DNA of 64,000 nucleotides from Octopus vulgaris (lineage: Eukaryota): the NCBI GenBank assembly GCA_951406725.2, contig OX597821.1:64232001-64296000 (forward strand). Reading direction: 5' to 3'. This document shows, in pieces, positions 51,495-64,000 of the stretch. Position numbers and translations under genes: made by a program. Each line of letters starts with the position of its first letter. The first letter of the stretch is position 1. The notes under the pieces are model-generated. The model saw only the letters and a program-made list of their open reading frames with translations, searched no databases and was not told where the DNA came from.

Positions 51495-53438
51495 CATAAA
51501 TATCAGGGATATAAGTATATATATACATATATGTGTATGTATATAGATATATGTGTGTATGCATGCCTACATATGCATGCATATATGTATCTCTGTTTGT
51601 GTGTATTTCTACATATACATAAATATATATGCATATATACATACATATATATACACATACACATACACTTGCATATGCATACAATAATACGCATACAAAT
51701 ATATTTAACATATATATGATACATATCCATCCATTCGTCCGTCCATCCCTCCATCCATACATAGATACATACATACTTTACATACATATTCACATATATG
51801 CATATGTTCACATGCTGTCATAGATTCCTCTTTTTGTTTCGTATCACGTTTGCCGTCCATGTCTCACGGCACAGTATATTCCATCTTTATCAACCCAGGC
51901 TGGGGGGGTGATGTATTATCTTGCTTTTATCTGATAGTATAATTGATCTTTGCAATTTACCATGTCATGGCTGATGTACTGATTTAGGATTGAGGCTGTT
52001 TAGTTAAATATGGCCGCCAATATTCAAAAGCTCCGTTTTCTGCCGAAGGCTTTCCAACAATCAATCCATACAACGCTTCTTTTTTTCTCTTTCTTTTTTT
52101 TTCATCTCCCTTTCCTGCTGTCAGACCAATAACTATAAAGTTTGCCAATAGTTGTTCTTTACATCTATAAATGTATTTCCATCATCTTTTCTGTTCCTCT
52201 AGGAAAGAAAAAAAAAATAGAAAGAAAAAAAAAACTTTATTCTATTCTCTTGATGACCAGCTAGCCTGACTGGTCAGAGCATGGAGTAGATGTCAGAACG
52301 TGATATTTTGATATTTTATTGGCAAAAATCACCATCGATTAGTAGTAGTTTTGGAATCTTTGGTGCTCAAGTCTTTTAGGAACTAAAGCAGTTCTCCATT
52401 AATTTACACCACTACAGCATCCACCACCACCACCATCACCACCTCCATCACCATCACCACCACAACCACAGTCACCACTATTACCACCACAACAACCGCC
52501 ATCACCACCACAACAACAACAATAATAACTACGACGACGACGACGACCACCACCACCACTACTACAACTACTACTACTACTTTAGCAGATTCCTAATCCT
52601 TCCCCTCACATATCAGTTCTTTTGTCTGTTTATATTTTTATATTATTTTTTAAAAATTTGTTCATTTTTATGTAGGTTTTAAATTCTTCCACTCACCAAT
52701 AGATTTGTTGTATATGTAAAGCTACGTTTTACAACCCTTCAGTGTGATACATTTTGCATTTTATTGTAGTCTCTTGTAGGCAATAAAAAAAAACCCAGAT
52801 GATTCGTAGAATCACTAGCACTTTAACAGACGTCTTTGCGCTATTCGTCCCGTCTTTCTACGTTTTGAGTTCAAATCTCACCAAGGTCGACATTACATTT
52901 CATCTATCCGGCAGTCTGTAACAAAGAATAGCAGTCGTGTGGTAAAGTCACTGGCATCGAATATACGTTCTTTTCACGAATTTGAGACCGTGTGCTTATG
53001 CAATTAATTATTATTATTATTATGCTTGCTGGAGAGCAGATATGTTTGAGCGTCGCTCTGTGAAGATACAAAACTTACCTCATCTATACTGATTGTGGAG
53101 TCAGTTTTGGGTAACATTATGCTTCGAACATTTGAATATTAACACCTTTCTCCTTGGATGGAAAAGAAAATTGAGGTTTGAGTTCAGCAATTTTCTGTTT
53201 CGTTTTGTAAATGTTCACTTACTTGTTTAACAAAATGTCAATTATGTTTTTTGTCCGGCTTACATGCCGCCAAGAATTTTAAACATGACGTCAGATATTT
53301 TAATACAAATAAAAATTTGAAATAAAAAATATGACAAATATGGCAAACAGAAAGAACAAAAAAGGCAACACTTCGACATGCAAACACAGACAGATGTGCT
53401 AAACAGAAAAAAACATTTCACAGATAGCAACCAATAAT

Positions 53439-53984
53439 GGTTTCAAATTTTGCCACAAAGGCTGCCATTTTTGTCGGGAGAGAATAAGTCGATTACGTCG
53501 ACCGCAGTGTTTCACTTGTACTTAATTTACCGACCCCTAAAGGATGAAAGGCAAAGTCGACCTCGGCGGAATTTGAATTCAGAACGTAGCGACAGACGAA
53601 ATACCTATTTCTTTACTACCCACAAGGGGCTAAACACAGAAGACAAACAAGGACAGGCAAACAGATTAAGTCGATTATATTGACCCAGTGCGTAACTGGT
53701 ACTTATTTAATCGACCCCGAAAGGATGAAAGGCAAAGTCGACCTCGGCGGAATTTGAACTCAGAGCGTAGCGGTAGACGAACTACCTATTTCTTTACTGC
53801 TCACAAGGGGCTAAACACAGAGGGGACAAACGAGGACAGACAAACGGATTAAGTCGATTACATCGACCCCGAAAGGATGAAAGGCAAAGTCGACCTCGGC
53901 GGAATTTGAACTCAGAACGTAACGGCAGACGACATACGGCTGCGCATTTCGCCCGGCGAGCTAACGTTTCTGCCAGCTCGCCGC
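53439..53984 (-). mobile_element. Trimeric SINE-A: two type-I-tailed units, then a type-II-tailed unit
   Basis: Three B-box/core units behind a single A-box head. Confidence 0.88.
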
Positions 53985-55742
53985 TTTAACACAAATCATT
54001 AACGAAAAGAGTAATAAAGAACACTGAAATTTTTATCAGCATTGCTTGCATGCAATAAAGTAATTCTAAATTTAGGTCAACATTAAAAAAAAAAAAGCAA
54101 ACAAGCCAAAATAAAAAGGCAAAATAAAAAACGAACGTGGGACAACCATATCACGAAGTTTTCTGCTTCCTTGGAAGACGATTTTATAGAAGGGAAAGTA
54201 AGGTGAAAGGTGATATGCTTGTCTCTGAGAAAAGCCATGAAGTTTTCAATATGACCACAAGGCAGCAGTTGAATGAAGTCCTGGTCGAAATATGAAATAT
54301 TATGGTTTGCATCGATCGAAGAACGAGATATGCGGCAATACTGCTGGTCCCCAAGTCTAAGTAAGAGACAAGGGGATAAGATGAGTGGGTGTGCCACACA
54401 CTTGCTTACATGCTCGTGGAACACAAGGTCAGACTAAAAGGTATTACAGAAATATTGGCTCTTGGCTCCTTATCCTGTTTGTGACACAGTTTAGAAAAAT
54501 TGCAAGCGTTAATAACATAGAATAACATAGAGTACTAATCAAGTACTTGGTTCAATGTAATCGGAAAATAAGACGTGATTGGGTAGGTTGTGCAAATAGG
54601 TCCTAACTACTTCAAAGATCTTGCAATTATCCTTGAGATGTACCACTTCATGGGAGTAGGAGGAAATGTGATCTGGCTGGTGTTGAAAGGCTAACAGCTC
54701 AGCTGTTACTCATGTAGCAGTAAGAGATATTTGAAGGCTTTCTGCTTTGATTACCTCAAAAAACAGAAAAGGGGAGGCGGCTAGTAGCTGTAGACTAAGT
54801 AACATCCAGTGGCATCAGAAGCTGTTGTTTAAAGAAGCTATCGCTTTACGAATGAAAACTTGCCTCGTCATTGCTGCTGGCAGCTGACGACAAAAGGGGT
54901 AACAATCAGAAAGCAGAGAATTGCCCTCATTGTAGAGTCATCCCAAAGTCTAGAGATGATAAAGAGCAACGGTAGATAATTAACCATAAAATGTGACTAA
55001 TGGAAAACAGTAAAACCGCGAAAACAAAAACAATGAACCCATACAAAATGCATCAAAGACACTGGATGAAGATCCCAATTTACCGTGAGTTTAAATCAGA
55101 GTCTAGTTCCAGATGAATCTGGTGAGTAACCTGGAAAATCATGCGGACGGGGAAGAAGCAGGAGGGAAGGGCCAGGACCGGAAGCTCCCCAGAACCGTGG
55201 AGTTCTAACCGAGAAGATGGTCTCTAACCCACGTGTGGACGAGTTACCCAGTTTGCGCTCACTTCAGTGATATTTTCTTTAATTATTGTTGTTGTTTTTT
55301 TACATAGCCTTATTAGCTTCAGTTTTTAACAAATATCTGTCTTTTAATATTTTCATTTTATAACGATTTTAATTTCCCCTTTTCGATTTTATGTGTCTTG
55401 GTTATCCCCAAATATTTTTGTAACCTTTTGTATCACGCTTTATTTGCATATATTTAAAGCCCTTGCAGCAGCAGCAGCATTAGTAGTAGTAGTCACTCTG
55501 AATATGTTATTATTCTGTTGTCTTAAGGATATAATTTAATTGAAAAACGAAAATAATTTCTTTGTTTTTCTTTATGTAATAGTTTATTTACGTTTCGAAT
55601 CTGTTTTTCTCAGCTTCTTTTTTTTCTTTCGCTTACTATTTCATTATTTAATTTTCCATTGTCTGTTGGAAGGAATTTCTTTCATTAAAAATAGAAAAAG
55701 AAAAGGAAAAAAACACGCATAAAAATTTAACAAAAGCACACC

Positions 55743-55849
55743 GGGTGTGGCAAATAATTCACAGTTTGCTCAACGAAATATGTAGAAAATAATGCAACAG
55801 AATGTGTTGGGTGGAGAGTGAGGTATTTCAAATTATTTGTGTCACACCC
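55743..55849. mobile_element. Possible small decayed MITE
   Basis: Imperfect TIRs GGGTGTGGCAAATAATT / AATTATTTGTGTCACACCC; no clear TSD. Confidence 0.4.
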
Positions 55850-56165
55850 TTTGAAGACAACGTGAAATGGAAATGAAATATAACCGCTTTTGTTGATAGT
55901 ATTGTTGTTAACCTGATGGCATTGTTCGCAGCAATCATTTTATGTAATTATTAATTCATGCGTTCTAAAATTATGTAAGTTTACACAAAAAAGGAAGTGG
56001 GCTGCTGTGTTGATTGACAAACACTCACTCACCAACTCTCTACACATCACCGCCTCACAAGATACATTGTGTCTCCTTTCTGCTTCTTCGACCGTTAATG
56101 CAATGTTGTCTACGCCCATCACTCACAAATAACTATCCACTTCTTACATATATTACTTCCACATA

Positions 56166-56397
56166 GGCGGCGAGCTGGCAGAAACGTTAGCACGCCGGGC
56201 GAAATGCTTAGCAGTATTTCGTCTGGCTTTACGTTCTGAGTTCAAATTCCGCCGAGGTCGACTTTGCCTTTCATCCTTTCGGGGTCGATAAATTAAGTAC
56301 CAGTTACGCACTGGGGTCGATCTAATCGACTTAATCCGTTTGTCTGTCCTTGTTTGTTCCTTCTATGTCTAGCCCCTTGTGGACAGTAAAGAAATAC
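56166..56397 (+). mobile_element. Full-length monomeric SINE-A with 14-bp TSD TATATTACTTCCAC
   Basis: TSD at 56149-56162 and 56398-56411. Confidence 0.93.
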
Positions 56398-56847
56398 TAT
56401 ATTACTTCCACTTATTACATATATAACGCGCTTTGCATTGTGGTTAGTGGTTAGGGTTTCGATTCCCGGACCTGGTGAGGTGTTGTACTATTGAGCAAAA
56501 CACTTCATTTCATGCTGTTCCAAGTCCACCTAGCTGTAAAACAAGTGACCCTGGGAAGAATGGGTGTCTTGTTGGCGGTAGGTTGGAGTGATGTGATCTT
56601 GGTCACTTATACCCCATGGAATCCGGTTGACCGACTCTATGAGTCCTAGGATTCGAGACAGTAATATTCAGTAGTTGTTGATGATTATAATGATGATGAT
56701 GATGATAATGGGTGGGGGTAGTGATGATGATGATGATGAAGTTGCGTTGACTTAATTACACGGGATAACGATGGCGCCCCTATTTGGTCCAATATGCTAG
56801 AAATAACCGCCAAATCTATTTACCAGCCCCAACCGTCTTAAGATATT

Positions 56848-57680
56848 ACTCTTTTTCTCTTTTACTTGTTTCAGTCATTTGACTGCGGTCATGCTGGAGC
56901 ACCGCCTTTAATCGAGCAACTCGACCCCGGGACTTATTCTTTTGTAAGCCCAGTACTTATTCTATCGGTCTCTTTTGCCGAACCGCTAAGTAACGGGGAC
57001 ATAAACACACCAGCATCGGTTGTCAAGCAATGCTAGGGGGACAAACACAGACACAGAAACACACACACGCATATATATATATATACACATATATACGACG
57101 GGCTTCTTTCAGTTTCCGTCTACCAAATCCACTCACAAGGCTTTGGTCGGCCCGAGGCTATAGTAGAAGACACTTGCCCAAGGTGCCACGCAGTGGGACT
57201 GAACCCGGAACCATGTGGTCGGTAAACAAGCTACTTACCACACAGCCACTTACACGTAATAAGATTTTCTCCTTTTTTATTTTATTCTTTTTTTTATTTT
57301 AGATTTTTTGCTTGCTTCAGTCATGGGACAGCGGCCATGCTGGGGCGCCGCGTTGAAGTATTTAGTCAATCAAATCAACTCTAGTATTTACATTTAAAAA
57401 GAAAATATCTAGCGCTAATTTTATCGGTTGCATCAGTCGAACTGCTCAGTTATAGGAACTTGAACAAACTAATACCAGATGCCAAGCAGTGGAGGGGGAC
57501 AAAAGCACTCACATATATATACAGCAGGATCGAGCTTCAATACAGTCTCCATTTACCAAATTCACAAGGCATTGGCTGGACCGGGGCTATAGTGGAAGAC
57601 ACTTGCTGAAAGTGCTTTACAGTGGGACTGAACTGAAAAGCCATGTGCTTGCGAAGCACCCTTCTAACCACACAGCCATC
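56848..57680 (-). mobile_element. Two tandem SINE-B copies (young 56848-57250, old about 57310-57680)
   Basis: Family match. Confidence 0.85.
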
Positions 57681-57929
57681 ACCTATGTTTGTAAAAAGGA
57701 AAGAAATTAATAAGTGCACGCCCGCAATTGGCCTGTGATTAAATAACAAAGACAGAACCAACAACAAGGGAACCTCTATTACCGAACACAAACCTTAAAA
57801 TAATATCCAAATCTCATTCAACATTACCTCTCGTCTTAAATATAGGAAGAGCACATTAGATAATTAGTCCTAACTAGACTAAAAAGGACGAATTATATTA
57901 CAGCCGGAATTATTTTTCTTTCTTTCTAT

Positions 57930-58108
57930 TATAAGTACAAGGCTTGGAACTTTTGGAGATGGGGCAAGCCGATTACAGACACTTATTTCGTACTTATTTC
58001 GTCGAACCCAACAGGTGAAAGGCAAAGTCGTCCTTAGCGAATTTCGAACTCAGAATGTAACGCTGGAAGAAATATCCGGCGCGATAACGATTCTACCAGA
58101 GCACCGCC
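57930..58108 (-). mobile_element. Degenerate SINE-A
   Basis: GAAAGGCAAAGTCG...GAACTCAGAA core. Confidence 0.65.
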
Positions 58109-58706
58109 TGTACTGCTGGAAACAAGAGCATTACTACTACCAGCTTAAAGATATCAGATGAAAAAATGTTTCCTTCACTCAGCAACCCTGCTTTGCCTCA
58201 TGACCCCGTGTTTTTCTCAACAATTTGCTCGTTTATTTCTCCTCTGAGATGTAAATGTGTTGAATTTCCTTACTCGCTTACGTATTTGCCTTTAATATTT
58301 CTGCTCGTTCACTCTTTAATGTCGTTTAAACCGTCATGTTATTTATTGTTTTTGTCAAATCACCAGTTCTGCTTTCACTTTCGCTATACATTAATCAATA
58401 TGAAAGAAAGAAACGACAATATTAACTGAAACCAAATTTACTAGGTTATCTTGCTTGTTCAGTTTTATAAAGCACAGACATTGAAATAAAAATCATGTGA
58501 GTTATTGTTAAAATATATTAAAACAACATATATTTTTATTACATTATGTTGCACCGTCGTTATTCTTTTATGTTAAAATCGACTACACGTTCAGGTAAAA
58601 ACATATGTGACAACTTAACGCCAATAAGAAGAGCAAAATTTAATATGTTGCCATCACAAAGTGTTTTTAACTCGGAGAAGTTAAAGAATAAATAAAGAAA
58701 TAAAGA

Positions 58707-58774
<68 letters not shown>

Positions 58775-58785
58775 TAATAATAATG

Positions 58786-58838
<53 letters not shown>

Positions 58839-59465
58839 CTTAAAAATATGGATGCTGGCAAAAACGTATTGGATATTATGATAGAATGATTTAATTTGAA
58901 GTAAAAAATAAAGAAGAAAAATGAACGATAAATCTGTCAAAAGAGATAACTATGTTTTTGGCTGTGTATGAGTGTATGTAACTGTAATAATGAATGGTTT
59001 CATAAGAAGATTATTGAGCAGAGGACGATGTGAAGTATATTTCAAACACTATATAATTGTATTCTAAACACAAACCTATGTTGTATGTCTCTAACAATGT
59101 TTCTGTTTCTTCCAATGATTTGGAATAGAAACCACACCACGAAAAAATAAACCCCAAAACAACCAACAGCAAAAATAAAAAAAATAAAAACAGAAGTAGC
59201 GGTTGAGGGAGAGGAAAACCAATAATAATAATTCAAAAAATTATATTGTGTAAATGTTTATACCTACATAACGTTTGGCAATGTTACGTGGTTAAGTGTA
59301 TATATATATATATATACATACATACACATACATGCATACATGCACACACGTTTATGTACACCAGCACAACGCATCTTGCTAGAAACATACCTCCTTCGAT
59401 ATTCGCCGCAAAATCATGCATGCGTACAGCATAATTCATTAATACATGTATACATACATGCATGC

Positions 59466-59616
<151 letters not shown>

Positions 59617-60226
59617 CATACATAGAAGCACATAAGCATTAAAGAAACATGGTTAAAAACGTCCTAAAATTGCTTTCCCAACCGAAAACATCCATATCAA
59701 TGGCTTCTGTATCTTCCTTGTTCCACTCAATGAATTCTATAAATACATTTGTATTGAAGAAAATAAATCATATAATGGCACTGTGAATAAAGACAGAAGA
59801 CCAAGGTATTGTAAAACCAGACATAATAAAATACAGTAGTCATAGCTTTCCTCTTAGATTTAGATAATATCCTATCAATTCATTTCAACATCGATATTGG
59901 TACAGTAAGATTTAAGATCGTAAGACTGTCAACGGGGGAAAGTCTGTTATAATGACAACAAACCCCGTAAGACACAATCATCGATTGAAAAGCTTGGCAT
60001 TTATGAGTCTCGTATGGTATCTCCTAGACGATTCCCGTAAAACTACAGAAACAAAAATAACTAGATCAAACAAGTGTTCTATACCGAGAAATAAGAAAGT
60101 AGAAAGAAGAAAGAAGAAATACCTCTTACAATATTTGGGTAAGAATTTAAAGATACAAAAGGCGGTGATATTCCATGTGTCCCTAGAAACTGCCTTAGTA
60201 GAATCTACAATAGAAATTCTCTGCAA

Positions 60227-60286
<60 letters not shown>

Positions 60287-60845
60287 GAAACATTTGTATA
60301 GGTTTATATCCCGTAAATTGCTGAATGTTGCCGATGATGATGGAGTATATGGCAGTTCTTTCACTAATGATTGGTCCATTAGGTCACATTTGGAAGGTTT
60401 TGAATGTTTTGTCTAACAAAACTAATATAAAGGAATACAACAAAACACAAATAAAATACGTATTTATTTTATACAGAAATTGGGGGGAAATAGCGTCGTT
60501 GGTTATAGATTTCCAATGTATCTATCACTGGTTCATTTTGTTTTCGATCTGAGGGTGATAATGGATTTATTCCGAAGCGATGAACTTCATTTTCAGAGTA
60601 AAGGTTTCTCTTTTGCCGATCTTTGGATTTTTTGTTCATATACATAGCTGGAAAACAATCAAGCTGATGGATAGAGAGACAGACATACAAACTTCTGCGC
60701 TGTTTAGCACTGTGCGTCTGTACGAGATAATGATCTATCTGAAGACCACTATCGCAGTGTTGAAGCATTCTTTCAGTGCATTGGCATTAATTAGAGTATA
60801 TAGATTGCTATTCGATTTCGAGAGTACTTCTGTCATTAATAACTT

Positions 60846-60898
<53 letters not shown>

Positions 60899-61828
60899 CA
60901 CACGCACATTTTAGAGGGTTAAAGAAGGCACAAATGATTTCATGTAAAGAGAGCTCTTTGCAGTTATTCTAGCGTACCACAGGGTAACGTTGTTCTTCGT
61001 CTCCTTTTGAGTGAAATGGAGACCAGTACCATCGTTCCCCTGTGACATGACTGAATAATTGTAAAGCTCTCTCTTTAACTGAAACCATTGGTAGCCTTGT
61101 TAACCAACAAATATAGAATATATATATATATCCACCAATTCTTTGTGGGACACTCATTCTCACTGTTCGATATTAACTTATACATATACATACACATCAG
61201 GGACTTGGCATAAATATGAAATGTATGTTAAATATTGAAAATGAAAAGAGGTAAAAACTTATTTATTCTTAAGAGGTGATTCCAAGTGAAAGGCAACTGA
61301 AGTATTATGATGTTATAAAGGTCAAAAATATTTCGAAAAAACAAATCAAATCATAATGAGGGAAATATTCTAAAAGTATTTCCATAAGGAGAATGTTCAA
61401 CCGAAATAATATGATGAGTGGCTGGGGCTGCCATTCAAAATTTGTAATTAGTAAATGTCTAACTGAATATCTAAGAGAATTATTGTCATAATTTTATATT
61501 ATTCTTGTCTTATGAAGTGTAATGTATGTTTAGGGTTGTGGAAAACGTGTAGTAAAAAGCATTTATGTATATCATTCTCAACAGTGTCATGACGTCTGCA
61601 TAAATGATTTTTAAGTAGGAGAGGCCATTCTTTAATTGGTGTACTACTGGCGTTTATTGGAGCAGAAACACGTGCCCAAAACTTACCTCGGGTTAGGTTT
61701 TTGGAATGAAAATACAAAAACAGATGGAATATATAAATATATATAAATATGTTAAATATATATATATATATGCATATATACATACATATATATATATGTA
61801 TACATACATACATATATGAATATGTATG

Positions 61829-61868
<40 letters not shown>

Positions 61869-61948
61869 TGTATATATATGTATATAAATCCTTAAAATCC
61901 TTTAAAATGTTTTAGCCCGAAGGCCGCGGCCATGCTGGGGCACCACCG

Positions 61949-62004
<56 letters not shown>

Positions 62005-62280
62005 TATTTACATAATGGATAGGGATGGAGTATCCAAGCTGGTATCGTACGAGCACTCAGGTATAGTCTGGGATATCGTTAACCGCATCGAGTTGTAAGG
62101 AACACATAGGATTACCTAAGGTAAGCAATCCCAATGTATTTCATGCGATGTTAAATTTATAATCGTTTCCCTGGGTTATAAATATTTCATCGAATGTGTA
62201 TCCAAGACAATAACAATGAATACAGAGGTTAGTACATCTGCATAGTTTTCATTTCTACAGTTAATTATGCAGTATATTAA

Positions 62281-62514
62281 ATTTATATGTGTCCGATGCA
62301 CGTTTCTGCTGCAAAGCCACCTCACACTTGCATTTGCATCCAGTTACCTTCGACTGGTTATTAGACTATGCCGCTTTATTCAAGATCCATCTACGGACGC
62401 ATCAGACTACAACTTGAATTAAGTTGTACAGTTTAATAACCAGTCGAAAGCAACTGGATACAAAAGCAATAACTAGGTGGTTTTGCAGCTGAAACGTGCG
62501 TCGGACACATAAAT
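62281..62514. repeat. Imperfect foldback with ~100-bp arms
   Basis: 62281-62384 pairs with 62414-62514 around a 29-nt loop. Confidence 0.85.
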
Positions 62515-62593
62515 CAAATATGCTAGATAACTGATAGTAGAAATAAAAAAGTATGCAGATATACTAATATCCGTATTCATTGCAATTAACATA

Positions 62594-62660
<67 letters not shown>

Positions 62661-62707
62661 ACACACGTACACACATATACATGCGTGTGTGAGTGTTTGC
62701 TTAGTGC

Positions 62708-62775
<68 letters not shown>

Positions 62776-62777
62776 GA

Positions 62778-62955
62778 TAGATCGCTAGCCACTACACTTT
62801 CTTTATTTTCTCTCCCAGTTTCTTTCTGTGTTTCTTTCCGTCGAAGAGCGTAGGCTCGAAACGTTAAAGTCATTTACACTTCCCGAGCGTTATACTAATA
62901 CATCTGTTTGTTGTCTACACCACATGTCTTCGTCTTTTGCTTTATTGTGAATTCT

Positions 62956-62958
<3 letters not shown>
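62778..62958 (+). mobile_element. Probable Penelope pseudo-LTR fragment between TATC and TA arrays
   Basis: Contains CCGTCGA-A-GAGC-gtag-GCTC-GAAACGT, a degenerate hammerhead-like core. Confidence 0.45.
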
Positions 62959-63029
<71 letters not shown>

Positions 63030-63052
63030 GATATTTTACCTTTACAGATATA

Positions 63053-63094
<42 letters not shown>

Positions 63095-63420
63095 CAGGCG
63101 CACACACGCACATGGTGAAATATCTGATTGCGCTGTAATATCTGTATACTTGTGTTTGTTTACGTGTGTGCATTTCTGGCAGGCATATAAAGCCAGACAA
63201 ACAATAACAGCCCATTAAGAAGAATGTCAACAACAATTAAACTATAATTAAAAGCCAAAACACTCAACTTGTAATAATTAACTAATGGTGAAAATAAACA
63301 CACACAGGCAGATAAACGCTCATACACACACATATATATATATATATACAAACATATATACACATATACAGGAATGTCTATGTATATATATATGTAGGGG
63401 GAAATTAAGATAAATACCAG

Positions 63421-63461
<41 letters not shown>

Positions 63462-64000
63462 TATATGTATATGTGTGTATATGTATAGGTATATATTTAT
63501 GTGCGTGTGTATTTATATATGTATATAAATGTACATACAGATATATATGTATGTATCTATATGTATATGCATACGTAGACATCGAATGTTTCCAAAAAGT
63601 GAAGTAGATAATTACCTAATGATAATGCTATCTATATTTACACATTCAAATAAACAAATATAATATCGTTACCTGAGCAGCTAATAGCACTGAAAGGTTA
63701 ATTGTTAAACACATACTATTCTTGCAGCAATGGTACGATATTGTGTAAAATGTAAATGAGAAGAAAAAAAAAAATAATAATAACAAATGAAAAATATAAT
63801 TAAAAAAAAAACAAAACAAAATAAAACTATAATATATGTGTGAAATTAATGAATAAATGCATAAATATATATTGTAGAATGAGAAGAGATTTTTGTGTAT
63901 GACGTAAGAGGCTCGAAGAAATTTTCACTGATAACGGTGGAGTTTAAAATTAGAATGCAGTCATGATAAAAGATAATTAATAGAAATTAGGTAATAAGAA

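Noticed and set aside
59700-60830. Very old minus-strand LINE RT remnants (also about 18200-18900 and 54560-55100)
   Set aside because: Only faint motif echoes; cannot be supported without a profile search.

Overview
AT-rich, microsatellite-dense eukaryotic DNA. The repeat content (tRNA-derived SINEs, RTE, Tx1-like and Penelope-like retroelements, long TA/TATC/ATGT/AAT/TTC arrays) suggests an octopus or other cephalopod genome; this is inference. The only host coding sequence I can recognise is the first coding exon of the proteasome-associated deubiquitinase UCHL5/UCH37 (7197-7272, minus strand), which is too short for the ORF track. Tandem ETS sites lie just upstream. Bases 1-7196 are therefore intron 1, and 7.3-64 kb appears to be upstream intergenic DNA filled with transposon debris. 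Four observations stand out. (1) A 295-bp element flanked by a target-site duplication (TSD) joins a tRNA-like Pol III head to a hammerhead-ribozyme core and has a Penelope-type inverted end. (2) A Tx1-like LINE lacks its whole RT domain, and its 3' end matches the tail of the commonest SINE here, suggesting a LINE-SINE partnership. (3) Multimeric copies of that SINE keep AATAAA only in the last unit. (4) Several Penelope-derived hairpins and minimal hammerheads occur, one with a U3-A8 covariant core. Almost all ORFs in the track are microsatellite or TE artefacts. All alignments were done by eye, and boundaries of old elements are approximate.
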